Assembly (NCBI RefSeq): GCF_037042905.1
Contig: NC_087259.1
Span: 16,802,001-16,866,000, forward strand
Origin: Lytechinus pictus
Taxonomy: Eukaryota
DNA: 64,000 nt
Reading direction: 5' to 3'
Every line of letters starts with the position of its first letter. Position 1 is the stretch's first letter. The notes under the pieces are model-generated. The model was not told the origin of the DNA, made no database searches, and worked only from the letters and a program-made list of their open reading frames with translations. The translations under genes and the position numbers were made by a program. Of this stretch, positions 25,901 to 39,494 are shown piece by piece.

Positions 25901-28900
25901 ATCATTTCCCTAATATCTTTATAGGGGAAGTTGACCTACAAGAAGACAAGACTAAGTAAGACAGCCTCCCACCAAGCAGCTGAAACGACATTCAAGGCAA
26001 CGAATATCCACGAGCTAAATCTCAGCGAAGCAAACTTTCAGGAAGACTTCTACGTGGTCATGGCCGACGTGTCCGCATCTTCGCAGGTACAGGGATAATT
26101 GTCATATGCATTGGGTTATGTTACAGTCAAACCAACGAATCCGACTCCAAAACCGATACAGAAAACCTTTGTGCGGTCTGGAGTGGTTTCGCCGATGTGA
26201 TTTTATCACCATGGTGCTTTGATTATGATTTTATGCCAGCTAGAGTCATACCGTGAAAAACGATGTCAGGAAATACGTTAATGCAATGGTCGTTTTGTAA
26301 TGATTCGTGGGATATCATGTGCGAATTTACCAAACAAAGCTTTTCTGAAAAGGCGTGGAAAAGGTGTTTGAATATGTATAATCAAGATGAGAATTTTCTT
26401 TGTCCATGCTCTACCCGTGCCACTCGACGCCAATTAAGTCTTACGCACCAACTTTCGGATGCAGAGTGGCATAATAGTCATCTATGAATTTATGACTACG
26501 TCCAAGGTAAATTTAATCAAGGTAAATACAAAGACTTCTGAAACCAATCAAGAAGAAAAACGGATTGTAAAATTATGTGTATTTCGGTTGAAAAAAAAAC
26601 AAACACATATTTTCAGTTTATGGGGTTAAGAGACATCACTAAACCCAGGAGGTCCAAGTAACGAATAAATCACCGACACAGGGACCTTCTGGGGTTAAGA
26701 TACATCACTACACCTTCGCCCCTGGAGGCGTCTACGGAGGCGAGTGATACACAGTGACATGGAGGCCGACTTCGCAAATGGTCTCAAAGATCCGTTGCTA
26801 GTACATTTGGAGAACCAAGGGTTTCATTAGTGTTGACATTAGATGTGACTTGTAAAGCTAGGGTTACACAAAAACCGAATTATCCCGAATAACTTCGGAC
26901 CGATTCTGCCCGAATATGGCCTGATTCGGATGGTTTCGGTGGATTCGAATGTTCCCGAATCCCTCCCGAATTTTATCGCATTCGCGGAGGAATGAAATCG
27001 CAGCTGATTCAGTTCCGGTGTAACCATATAGTACGGGCAATTAGGATATGACATATGTTTCTGTTCGTCCTTTGGTCTTAAGTTGGTGTTCATGGAATAA
27101 TGTTCATTTCATTCCGCCTTCTCTTTAAAGATTCAAAAGATTACTCATCGGGATAGCAAACTGAGCAAGGATGACTCGTTGAGGTACGCCGTTGGACTCT
27201 GCAACATGCCTTGTTTAACTGAACTGGAGCTGATCAGTGTGTACGTGTATCCTTCGTTCTACGGCCCTTTTGCGGACCCAAAGAGCAAATGCCAGGTAGG
27301 GCTATTAAGGTTTGAATAATTTTCTCCGTCTTTTAAATCGACGGAAACTTCATTAACAGAACGCAGCGGGGGGGGGGGGGGTGAGACACAGGATAGTTGT
27401 CCCGTTTACTTTTAATGTTCACATTGCCCTCAAAGGGGACACCAGATTATTGAGATTCAATTAAAAAATGTAAAGTCTTCTCATGTATTTCTGGAACATT
27501 TTATATACACCCCATACAACGAATAAATTATGCACGTGCGAACATGAACAAGATGAAGGAAATGCGAAATAAAACTGGAGAACAATACTTCAATCTTCTT
27601 AAGATGTTGAAACACTTTAATACACAATAGATATCATGCACCAACTGCCTTTTGTTTTGCAGATAGTGAAAACAAGGGTTCCAAAAAAAGTAAAACTCAA
27701 CAAAACTCAACGATTTGGACGAGTAGTTCTTTGATCTAGTCCATTTCTTTATTTTTTTCACACACAGATCAAGAAGATGTCATTAAGTCGACAGGCCTTC
27801 AACAGAGCTACATTCAGGGCGCTCGTTACAACGCCCTCTTTGACATCACTCAAATTGGATCGTCTCATGATCCTATCACGTGATGATACCGGAAAATCGG
27901 CTACCAAGGTAAGTTGAACTATGTTTATGTTAATTATGTGGTCTGCCTTTGGATGTCTTTCCCTTGGTCTTGGACTCTGAGGTATGGTGTCCTTGTCCTT
28001 ATTGGCACTTGTTTTGGCCTTTGTATCGGGTAAGGTCCTCAGATGGCTCCGGAAGAGTAAGTTAAATTTCAGAAATAGGATGGTAACACTAAGTCGACAA
28101 ACCTGACTATATTTATGGAAATGATTGTAGTGTTGTGATACTTGAGAGCCCTCTTGGCCCGAGGACATTTATTTGGCCCTGTCCTTACTCTTGGACATCT
28201 AGTCATTGGTCTTCATAGCACTGGCTTCGGAGGTCTGAAGTCCCTGACCTTGTACTAGAGCAGTCAGGCCAAGACCTTATTCTTGGCTTGAGTTTTGTCG
28301 ATCGGTAAAGCTAAAACTTAATTTTAGTCAGGAAGTAAATGACAATTTTGTTCCTTCTACAAAGAAAAATCGCAAAATGCTTAATTGCTACATGCATGGC
28401 AAAGGGCATGGGATTTTTTTTTACTCATAACGATACATGTTGTCGGGGATTAAGGATCCCCCTTTCTTTATGAAAGTTAAGATTACGCCGATGACTATTT
28501 TTTATAATCGAGAATCAAACCATGTGAATATCTTTCAGGCACCCAAAGGGACTAGTCACGTGACCGAGCTAGAGATCGATGACAAAACTCTACTTGCATC
28601 AGGTGCTCTTGGGTTACAGGAGTCGTGTTCACGTGTCACCAAATTGACTCTACGCTGTTCAGGGTACGTCCCCTTTTACTCAAGGAAAAAAGTCCCCTTA
28701 CAAATGTGTTTAATATCCACTTTAATCATAAAAGGACCCGTTTTATAACGAGTGCTCTTATGCCAACTTCAAATTCTTGTATCAGATAAGTAACCGTAAC
28801 CCTTCTTAAACCCATTTTTTAATGCCCGATCATAACCCATTTTCCTTATATGGCGTTCTGTTCCGTTCTGCAAGTGCATCTTTTAATCATCCCTCTCAAA

Positions 28901-30595
28901 ATGTGTTCATTGTCCCCTTTAGTTATGAACTTACAAAGGACGTATTAAAATGTATCGAGTTCCCTCTCCTCACCGACCTCCATCTCGAGGGTTCGACCAC
29001 AGAAGATACTATCTTGGAAGAGTCGACGTCGATCTGCAGGTCATTAATGGAACGGTGGCCCGCCCTCACAAGTCTCATAGTCTCGAACGTCCTCATCGAC
29101 GACGCACAGACCGAGAACATCCTAAAGACCGTGAAACGACATCGCTCTCTCAAGAAACTCAAGTGATTATTCTTTATTTGCCCATTCCATTAGATAGTTT
29201 CATTTATAGTATTTGCATATTAACAATAGGCTGCATAAAACATGTAAAATAAAGTGTACAAATACCATTGATACGCAAAGCAACGATTGGCGGACATTCA
29301 AAGGAATAAAATAACAGGAAGGTAGAATTTCACGTGAATAAATAAACAGCCATCAATATAACTCAGGTTAAACTAAGTTTAAATGGTCATGATTAGATTA
29401 TGGGACTGTATAATATACTATGTATATCTGCCGAATTATGACAATGAACGAATTAACGACTGAATTTGTTTTGGGTATATCGTTGAAAAAAAAGTTAAGG
29501 CCTTCTAAACCTGTACACGTACGTTGTTGAATTAAGGAGAGCGCATGCAAGTGTCAAGATAATAGCTATCTATCCTATTCATCTTTGACAAAAATACGTT
29601 GTTAATTCTCTTTTGTGACGTCACAACTAAGAAATAATATCATCATTAACACTAAAGTGATACGTCGTGTCCTCTATACAAAAGCCTTACCGTTCTCATT
29701 GATAGGACAATTTTAGAATACTAAAGTGATACATCGTGTCCTCTATACAAAAACCTTACCGTTCTCATTGATAGGACAATTTTTTAGCAAAAATAGTCAC
29801 ATTATTTATGTCTACTTAGACTTTAAGCATGTTAAGTTTCTCAGTGTTTTCATTTTTCTTAATTTTGACATAGGTTCCACAAGTGTTTCGATGACGATGA
29901 ATTCATCGATGAACTTTGCGCCGATATTAGAAAGAAAGGTATCATCGAACTTGACATTGAGAACGTAAACGATGATGAAATGGTAGGTAGAAATGCATTT
30001 TATATATAAATGTTGTAGGTACAAAACTGGAGAAATGAGAAATATACTTTTTCAAACATGAATAACATTTTGACAAATATATAAATTGATTATAGACCTA
30101 ACAATACTTTGTAAACGAGTCCAAATGAAACAAGACACTCTTTACTGTTGAATATCCACATTCAAATTCAAATTTTAAGATATTGGATCAAACGGCATAG
30201 TTTTATAGAACGATTTCCATTGTAAATGTAAGCACTTGGCCTGTAAACATTGACAGCCTTACAGCAAACTTATATTCCAAATATGCCGTCAACCGAAGGG
30301 ATCATGGCGTAATGAAATAAATCGTTAATTACCAATGACCAATCAAGATCATCGTTGCATGCGCACTCTGTTTGAAATACTGACCTGGAACCAATCAGTG
30401 CGGTTCTATCTTATTTGCAATCTTTGAGTTTTTGCATCTTTAGATCCATCTAGCTCCTTTTATCTGTGCACAACTTTTGTAAAGTCTTGAATCACAACAA
30501 AATTCAATCTATATGGTGACTCTATTTCATTATCATGATCATTGCAGTTGGACTATGACGAGGAAGAGTACGAATACTCGCGGCGTGCACTCTAA
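19991..30595 (+). CDS. NLR-family receptor (DEATH-NACHT-LRR), ~956 aa; exons 19991-20052, 22064-22202, 23089-23245, 24063-25585, 25925-26086, 27131-27295, 27768-27908, 28539-28663, 28923-29162, 29874-29982, 30548-30595
   Basis: All introns are GT-AG and phase-consistent (2871 nt of CDS). Death-fold motifs RRLGIDLGF and NMLSSW; Walker A GEAGVGKTT; Walker B LILMDGLDE; sensor-1 VIVTARP; WHD FPHKLLQEFMA; LxxLxL repeats in the downstream exons. Confidence 0.88.
21143..21271. mobile_element. Short hairpin MITE
   Basis: CCCGTAACACAAAG...CTTTGTGTTACGGG inverted ends; similar architecture at 46184-46452 and 62687-62900. Confidence 0.6.
22064..23245 (+). CDS. NLR DEATH-domain exons (22064-22202, 23089-23245)
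   Basis: LSDKEILNIAESISDEMNIRRLGIDLGFKWAKVDQFLK + TNRSGGDVTSKGTQNMLSSWRNN...KALVEAELTAVAEKYL fits a six-helix death-fold pattern. Confidence 0.82.
24063..25585 (+). CDS. NLR NACHT/WHD exon (1523 nt)
   Basis: Lies inside the 528-aa ORF 24020-25606; P-loop GxxGxGKT, hhhhDGLDE and FxH..QEF motifs; acceptor ttttatcag, donor GTAGGA. Confidence 0.95.
25925..29982 (+). CDS. NLR leucine-rich-repeat exons
   Basis: IHELNL, LTELEL, LTSLKL, VTELEI/VTKLTL, LTDLHL/LTSLIV/LKKLK motifs in short exons with good splice sites. Confidence 0.8.
29651..29785. repeat. 69-bp tandem duplication in NLR intron
   Basis: ACTAAAGTGATAC...GATAGGACAATTTT at 29651 and 29720. Confidence 0.85.
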
Positions 30596-30819
30596 ATTAC
30601 AGGGATTTAAAATAAGTCCAGATGGACTGTAGCTAGGGACCAATCGATTTCTGAATTTAGTTTTAATCCTAACGACTTAAATTTATATCTCAAATGATTT
30701 AAATTTAAATCTTTCGAGATTTAAAAATGAATCTTAAGGATTCAAACTAAATCCTGAATTCGATTGGTCCCTAACTACAGTCCATGTGGACTTGTTTTAA
30801 ATCCCTGTAATTTAGAGTG
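30588..30819. mobile_element. 232-bp palindromic MITE, CACT termini, 2-bp TSD TG (EnSpm/CACTA-like), inserted in the NLR last exon
   Basis: TIR CACTCTAAATTACAGGGATTTAAAA; TG at 30586-30587 and 30820-30821. Confidence 0.88.
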
Positions 30820-31255
30820 TGAGTCTTTTGATTTAGAAGGCTTCGAAGATTTTGAAGATTCCGAAGAGAGCGATAACAGAGACCTCTAAGAATACTTCGA
30901 CGAGGGCCATAACAGAGCCTTTGATCTATTATGAGGAGAATGATGATGCAATCGAGGAACGAAATGATGACGACGTCGACAGTGGCAACGAATCAATGAT
31001 GACGACTTCAATTCGATAACTCATTAATAGCAGAACAGCATCCTACTCTCAACAACTCCAGAACACTTTCATACGAGTAACTTAATTATCACTCATATTA
31101 ATTGATTGGCAGCACAATCTCAGAGTGATCATGGTGAGATTCCTACATGTTATCACTCGCAAGGAGAGTGATCCTAGATCACCACTTGATATCGATTTGG
31201 TGGAGTATTCTAACGAGCGAAAGGGAGCCAGATAGCATAATTCCGTGTTGGTGTA

Positions 31256-31640
31256 TTAAACGGGAAGTTCACCCTGAAAAAAAGTTTACTGTAGAAATAG
31301 CAGAAAAAATAATAGAAAATATTGGTGAAGGGTTGAGGAAAATCCATCAAAAATTTAAAAAGTTATTAGAAGTTTGATTTATTTATTTGTGACGTCATAT
31401 GCGAGTAGCTTTCCACGTGTCATGAATTTGATAAAATCAATGAAATGTTGTTTCCTCAAAAAAATTGTAATTTATTGTACCTTCAGTGTATCAACAGATG
31501 AATCATTGCTCCTGGAAGAATTTTTTTTTGTCCTAATGAAACATTAAAAATTGAATTATATTCATTTTATATTACATAACATATGAGGAAGTTGCTCGTA
31601 TATGACGTAACAAGTAAAAAAAAAACTAAAACTTGAAGCA
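31256..31640. mobile_element. Decayed TTAA-type MITE (second copy ~51688-52020)
   Basis: Shared GG.AA.TTCA.CCTGA...ATTTGTGACGTCATATGCG sequence at both loci. Confidence 0.55.
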
Positions 31641-33671
31641 TTTTATACTAATGTAAAGGAATCTGAAATTCGACCTCTTGTCAAATTTTTCAATATCCGC
31701 TTTCAAGAAATCAAATAGAAAATATTAATGTAGCATTGAATTTAATTATATACAGTACCCTCTTTCGGTAATATCAATATTTTCTTAATAAATGCACTTC
31801 AAGCACTGTAATATTCAGCTATTGTTTGAATAAAGACTTTCAGCAAAGTACAGTATCCTGAAATTTATGTCGCAGCCTATGCTGATAAAAGTTTCACTAG
31901 AATTATCAAAAACTTGACTTAAAATAGGCAAGCTAGTGTAAATTATTACTGTAAATAAATTCACCATTTAGGTCGAAATTTTTACGAACTATATACTCTC
32001 TAAATATAAACAATTCAAAACTTAATTCAAAATTAGTAGGCAAAATCTTCAGATTACTGAATCCCCAATCCCGCTATATAAGTGAACAAGCTGATGTACG
32101 TTTATCATAGCCTATGTACATTTACCATATCAATGGTTTGGAGTACTATTTGATATACCTTGCTCTGTTCACCCTTAAAAATATGTTGAATTTAACTACA
32201 GCATGATGTAAGGGGGCACAGTCTCTTACAAACGACTAGATTATTTGACCTCACTTATAATGTAGTCTTTTGTTGGGGTTTTCTTCTTGAATATGACTAT
32301 TTTAAATCGTAATTACTAGTTACTAATTACATACGGCTATTTCTTTTGTCACACCAAAGTTGGTGATCTTAGTTTGACTAATTCTTCTTTTTTTAATTCA
32401 TGTAAATCATTTGCATAATATGGCCTGTTGCGATATCAGTTCGGCATGTTTTAACCAATAGTTTTCAGGGGCGCTATTTTACCAATGACCATGCAGTATT
32501 GATTAAAATCGTCTAATAATTTGCCCTAGTTTAAGAGTGTATTACTGAACTGAATCGGTGACAAACACTTCTAGAGGACCACCAACTCTGAAAAGAGGCT
32601 TTAATACAGTTTATTCATTTTTATTGGAATCCTGTTCCATCCCATACAGGATCTATAATACAAATTTTACCGATTTTTATGCAATATCACAATTATGTCC
32701 GTCTAACATGTGACATGCATTTCCAATAGTTCTGTCTGTCTTCTGTAGCCACTTTAACCTCAGTCTAACCTTTTTGTGTAACGTACGTTTATGTTATTTG
32801 TTTGGTCTTGGAATGAAAAATTATACTAAAATCTAATCAGATTTCTTGTTATACTTATGCTGATTTGCCTCTCATGATGCATGTAATTCCAATTACTTTT
32901 GTTTCTTTTCGATAGCCTGAATTTTTCTGTAAAATATAACATTTACCTATAAGTTTGTTTGGCCTTAAGAATTAACTGAAATAAACTTATTCACTTTGTC
33001 ACATACTACCCTTTTTAATTTCATAATCATAAGATGCCATGCATGATCTGTAAATGAAGAGTTTAGTTGCAAAAGGGGTTAGGTCCACTTTGGACCATTC
33101 CGAGAAAAACCATGTTTTTTATTTTCACTCATTGCAATATTCTTATGAGAAACTAAATTTTCATGATGTACTACCCTATCATCTGAACATAAAATTGGGT
33201 ATAAAAGAAATCTACCTGTCTTCATTTTGTCTATATGTTTAAAAAAAAATATCATTGTGGAGCTAACCCCTTTTGCAAGTAAACTGAAATTAATCCAATC
33301 TCTTTTGATTAAAAAAGTGATTTTTCTTTGCCACTTTCATTCACGTTTTCATTTGAATTTCAAATTGTCTTTGGTATCATCAAAGTGACTTAAAATTTAG
33401 AGGTTTAGAGACAGAAAACAATAACATTTATGAAAAATGGACCTAACCCCTTTTGACAGATGAGTTCTTCAGAAGAGTTTGGTTGCAAAAGGGGTTAGGT
33501 CCACTCCAAGAAAATCATTTTTTTAATTCTCCCATATTGCAATATTCTTATGCGAAACTGAATTTCCATGATACCCTACCATGAAAACATAAAATTGGGT
33601 ATAAAAGAAATCTACCTGTCTTCATATTATTTTAAGATATTCTTTTCCAATGTGTGGACCTAAACCCTTTT

Positions 33672-35490
33672 GATTGATTGATTGATTGATTTTATTTGTC
33701 AGGTAACTATGAACAAGTACAAGAAAATATGAACATAAGTGTATACCTTGACAGGATTGCCCATGAAAGCCGAGATGGCTTATTTCCAATGGGGTCCTTA
33801 CATCAGTAATTGATGACATACATCTATGAAAAAACAAAATATGATTAAAATACTTGTAAAACAGGATGATTAAAATAATTGTAAAACAGGTTGAGTAAAC
33901 GATCATTACTTCTAAGTTACATATGAGAATTATACTAATAATCAGTTTTTAAGTAGCGCTAAATGCATCGCAACTAATACAAGATTCATGAATCGTAAAA
34001 CCTAAGATATGAAAAAGTACAAATAAGTTTGACATCAAACTTTCACGCAAACAACAAAAGATGATGAAACAATGTAAAACAAGTTGATTAAATAAATCAT
34101 AACTAAATAGTTATATATAAGACTACACGATGCACATGAAATTAGAAAGAATATCTAACATTACAGAGTGGGGACATTTTTTAAGTGTTGTTTCAATACT
34201 CTTTTAAATTGTGTAAGAGTCTTAACCGATTTAACATGATTAGGGAGGGAATTCCAAAAATGTATACCCTTATAATAAAAAGTGTTGCCAATTTGACCTT
34301 TTCTCATAGGTACCACAAAGTTAAAGGTATTGTTTAACTTTGTGAGCAGCCGATTTAAAAAATTCTCAAACCAAGATGAAACATGTGTACAAGTGCATGT
34401 ATTAGAACTAATAAACCCTGAAAACAACCATTATTGAGAATGAAAAGCTAAAACTACAAGGCAAACCCCGATTTTGTAAATAGGCGTCTTATAGACGCCT
34501 AAATAGTACACATAAGTGTATGGGATGAAATTAAGATGGTGTTTTCGGTCACTTTATATTTCAATTTTTGAAGCACTAAATAATTATTTTCGAACGCAAT
34601 TTTTTCTGGGCTTCATTTTTGTAACATATCACAGACACAGGTGACAAGTGTGACCTTCTAGCTCAGATTTTTTTAAAGTCAAACCAATGTTAACCAATCA
34701 CTTTAAACAGACTATTTTTTGTTTCATGCCCGTGAATATTAGATGATCGTGTAAAATTTGTTGATATGTAATGATATTCGTTTGAATAGAAAATTTTATG
34801 AACATGGTGAAGTATAAGTTGTTGCGACCTCAAGTCTATGCGAAGAAGGCCAGCTTTTTCGATTTCACATGTGTTCTTGGGTGTAAGCAAGTAATAAATC
34901 TAACAATCTTATTTTGAATAATTATAAACTTTTTTGATCAACCTTTCCAAGACTGCAGTACCATGCTGCATTAGCATAATCAAATAAACACTGTATTAAT
35001 GAAAAGCTTCAAATGCGTCTGGATTTCGTATTCATGCAATTTTGGTACCGGTATAGAAATTTCAAGCGAGCATTAGCTTTTTTTACAATATAGTTAACCA
35101 TAGATGTACATGAGAGATCACTATTTAATATCAGGCCTACATACTTCACGGAATGCTGTCTCTTAATTAATTGATTGTTATAGTATATATTGAAATCATC
35201 TGTATGCTTAGACATGCCCCGCGAACAAAACAAAATACTTTCAGTCTTACCAACATGTAAGCTAAGCTTATATTATCTGTCATCCATTTAACACAATTTG
35301 ATAATACTAAGCTAAGTTTTTTACCGATCAGCTTAGGACTTGTATCAGAATAGAGCAAAACACTGTCGTCTGCATATAAAAGAAATTTACTTTCATTAAC
35401 ACAAATACACATATCATTGATATAGCACATAAAAAAAAAATGGGACCTAATATGCTCCCCTGTGGAACTCCACACTTTATAGGCATAGAA
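33672..35490 (-). mobile_element. 5'-truncated, decayed CR1/L2-group LINE (RT pseudogene plus 3' UTR and (TCAA)n tail)
   Basis: Minus-strand ORF pieces YINDM...FLLYADDSVL, VKYVGLIL...KKANARLKFLYR and FYYKGIHFWNSLP; frameshifted; AATAAA followed by a microsatellite tail. Confidence 0.85.
34325..34702. mobile_element. TTAA-flanked MITE inserted in the LINE
   Basis: TTAA on both sides; removing it restores LINE NSLFNFVVP; inverted copy at 53109-53484. Confidence 0.82.
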
Positions 35491-37389
35491 TATGAAAGTA
35501 CTACTCATCTTATAGAGCTACTGAAATTCTATACATTGAGACATAAAAATCAAATTTGATAAAAAATTGACCTAACCCCTTTTGCAAGTGAGCTCTTCAA
35601 ATATGCCCTAGGAGTGATAGCATTCTTCATTCCGAGTCTTCCAATAAGCCAATGACGCCTTGAAAAATATAAGCGAACTGACAAGCACCGTGTGTTTGTC
35701 TCTCATTGACTTTGTGTTGTAAACTGGTAGTCTTAAAAAAAAAAAATTGGATAATTATTCATAATATACATAATTAGCCTAGATTCCATTCGTATATAGA
35801 AATGGAAAAGGTTGTAAGAGGAAAATACTTGTTTGCTACATGATTAAATTATTTTTGCGGTATTTAGCAAATGGTGTGTGGTGTGTTATCATTTAAATGG
35901 GTCTGTATTACAAGACTATATACTCTCATCAGAATGTTGCATTGTGGCTACGGACCCTCGCTAGATTTGCGAAGATGAGTTATTAAGTGATGCTATTAAA
36001 GCTGCTAGGTCGGAATTGCTTTAAAGCCCGACTAAAGCTTTGGGAAATGGTCAGTAAAATGAATTATACTCGCGTAAAAATACAACTCTCTAACATCTTT
36101 TAAATATTACAAACTGTAATGGTCATGTGATGTTTTCCGGTCGCTAAAATTCTAATTTGGCATCTAGTGCTCCCTCTCGATAATATATATTGTATTTGTA
36201 GGTAAATCATTTGAGCGCAGTTACTTTACAAGTTATAGTAATGATATATTTCATGCATTATTCAGCCCATTCTATGCTTGAGAAGGGTTTTATCATAAAT
36301 AAGACAAAAATGCGCAGATTTTTCTGTTGTGATCGGGTACCCAATCGAATTTTGATGTAAGATTAATTACTTTATACAATAAAATGCATTTTTGTTTTTA
36401 TCCTTTACGTAATAATCATTCTAGAACGCATCCATTCATATAAATCTAGTCATAGATACGAATAGTGACATGCACTTGTAAAAAGGCTTTAAGACCATCT
36501 AATATCGACCCCCCCCCATCCTCCCCTTGATATTCTTATCCTATGATTCAAAGTTACCATAGTCACGGTGAGGGAAATTATAACCACATTAACGTATTTC
36601 CGACGCGAGCTCCATAAAGGGGAGCCTTTTACGACGTTTTATCATCGATTTTAACCGCTGCTGTAACAAGCTACTGCGAATCCTTGCATCCGATTGGCTG
36701 ATATCAAATTTTCTCAGTGAATGATGGGGTGTGCGTGTATCTGGAAGCAAAACTTGTCACTTTTTATGCAATACAAAATGATGCCGAAACAGTTATGAAT
36801 GAATAAATGGCGCATGCATAAATATTAACTAAATTGAGTCTCGTGTTCTTTGACCCAGAAAGAAGAAAAAATGGGATCTCTTCAAGAACTGAACAACAAA
36901 AGTAAAAATGCTTAAAGACAGACCACACACTCACCAAAGCTGGACTGAGGAGAATGTTATAATTAATATTCATTTTCAAGTTACTTCATTATTCATTTAT
37001 TTATTCCCAAAAGCAGAAAGAAAACCACAGGATGGAGCACGTAATAAACAGCTCCAAAAATAGTTTCAAATTTAGCTTCAACTTCCCCTATATTCGTTTC
37101 ATTTTGCCAGTGTACTTTGGACCGCGCGTCGCGTCAAATGTATCCATCTAAAAAAAAATGAATCAAAACAACCTTTAATTGATGAGACGGAAAACCCTGG
37201 GGATGTGACGATTTCATCGTGATTTCATCGATACTGCCAGCTGCTATTTCATGCAAACGGCGTTGAACTCTGCATCAACTTATTGGTCACGAACATATTG
37301 AATGGGTCATTATTCAAATGCAGTGACTCCCCCGGCTAGGCTGGGTAAAAAAAATACTCCCAAAAAGATCGGAATAAACTCATGCTACA

Positions 37390-37451
37390 TAATATTCCAT
37401 CCGCACATCACAGCGAGGTCACATTATCTAGAAAAAGCCACCCGTACCAAG
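37390..37451 (+). other. Putative non-coding first exon of FMO-A
   Basis: Consensus donor CAAG|GTAAGC at 37451/37452; the ATG exon starts at an acceptor (ttttcag, 40688), which implies an upstream UTR exon. The start coordinate is approximate. Confidence 0.4.
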
Positions 37452-39494
37452 GTAAGCAATTATGATACAGAATATTCGGTACAGAATATGTTCTCAGGGT
37501 GTATTAGTGATCATTATGATAATAACAGAATCTTGGCTTTTGCATGTCATGCTATGTAGATGTGCTTCCAAATGGACAAAAGACAGTATTATTATGTTTA
37601 TCTTCTGATAGGTTACACGTTATATCCAGGTTAGGCCCTGTATATCATGTATATGGTTAGATGGCGATATGTCACACAGATGCGCACTTGGATCACGAAT
37701 CGGTGTAAGTGTATTGTATATCATTCCATGATTTACTAAGTAGTTGCTACTGCATATTCATATATGCAGGCCTAGATGTATTATTAACCACAAATAATGT
37801 AGATCTAACAACATGCTTTCCCCAAGGTAGCCACTTCAATGATAGCAAATTATTGTCCTCCTTAAATCCACTCGTTTCCTCCCTACTTCTAGTACCTAGG
37901 CCTGTAGTAGCTAGAATAATGAAGTTGAAGTTGAAACTTTATTACCAAAAAATATATTATACAAACAAGAAAACAATATCTTTGGTAAAAGGGGACCACA
38001 AAATAGCAATAGCCGCTAATCGGGTATAAATATATTTCCGGTTAATTCCCTTTCAGGGGTAATCATCGAATGAAACCTTTCACAGAAAGTAGTTATACTA
38101 TACGACCAGGGAATTTCCCAGATAGTATATGCTATGTTGCATCGTTACAGTCATGTAGGTCTGTACCACGTATGTCCGTACTGAAAAGAACACAGTGACC
38201 CCAGCGTGTTCACAGTGTGGAACACAATGTGAAATCCCCTTAGAGCATTTCCACAGTGTGAATCACATATTCACATAGTAGACCATGTGAAAACGCTGTG
38301 AGCAGTCACACTGTCGAGATGTCCACAGTGTGAAAATATCTTCACACTGTTGAATTTGAGCATTTTAACAGTGTGAATATAATGTTTCCAGCAGGGGTTG
38401 TAGTGTAAGCTTGACACAGACAGATAGATCTACGAAACGGTTCAATGACATTTGCTCCAAATGCAACGAATACCACACACAAATGGAATGACCAACTTCA
38501 GACCTCGACCTAATGTAACACTATACACTTTCTTAAACCTATCCCTAAACCTGACATAAAACCCTATTGCAACGAAATAAAGCCCGGAGCAAATGTCATG
38601 GTTACGTCAACTAAATCGGGAAGTTATTGTGGTGATTGTGATCATTATACGAGCAATATGATATGTGGTAATAAACGTGAAACTAAATTTCTGTACACAC
38701 AAAGTCATGGATTGTTGTATGATAACGCATTTCATATTTCCTGTCTTGTGATTAGAAAGCAATGAGGATAACTTTTGTTTATTCTTGGTTTACTCATGGC
38801 AAACTATTGGGAGCTTGCAGTCGTCTTCTCCATCTTCTGATTAAAATATTTCATTCTTTTTTTTTACTATTATCATTGTATGTAGGCTAATCACTTTCAT
38901 CAACGTCATCAATATTATTATTATTATCATCATCATCATCATCATCATTACTATCACTATTACTATTATGAACAGTATAATAATCAGATTATACTCATTA
39001 GAGGAATAGGCCTATATTTTTACGATATAATATGACGCACATTTCAAAAGGGCACAAAAATATCCAAGGCAAATGAGAAGGCCATTGGTACCAATATGAC
39101 ATCATAGGTAATGGCCTTAGTGGCATTGGATTAATTTAAGCCCTGGCATATTGTTGTTACAATGTAAATCACATTGAATGTTTCAAGGAAGAGAAAACAA
39201 TTTGCTATCAGTTAAATTATATAATTTACGCTGTAAATAAGGGTGGACACACGGCGACTTCCACTTCTCACACCAAGAAATTTTTATCAAAATAATGGAA
39301 ATTGAAATATATTTCTACGCTTTATGAATATTTTCAACAGAGTGGAATTTAAACTGTTCATTTGTCACAGTGGGAATATTAATATTTTTGGCTATTAGAA
39401 TGTGCATAATTCTCACAAAATAAATTTGGTCTTGAAAAAACGAAAATGCTCTTTTAAAAGTATAGTTTGACGGTTTCGCCGTGAAAACACACTG

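Larger units (their letters stand above)
33056..35598. mobile_element. Sola1-like MITE dimer (GAAGAG...CTCTTC, AAAT TSD) hosting a LINE fragment
   Basis: AAAT|GAAGAGTTTAGTTGCAAAAGGGGTTAGGTCC ... GACCTAACCCCTTTTGCAAGTGAGCTCTTC|AAAT; a second unit starts at 33472. Confidence 0.65.
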
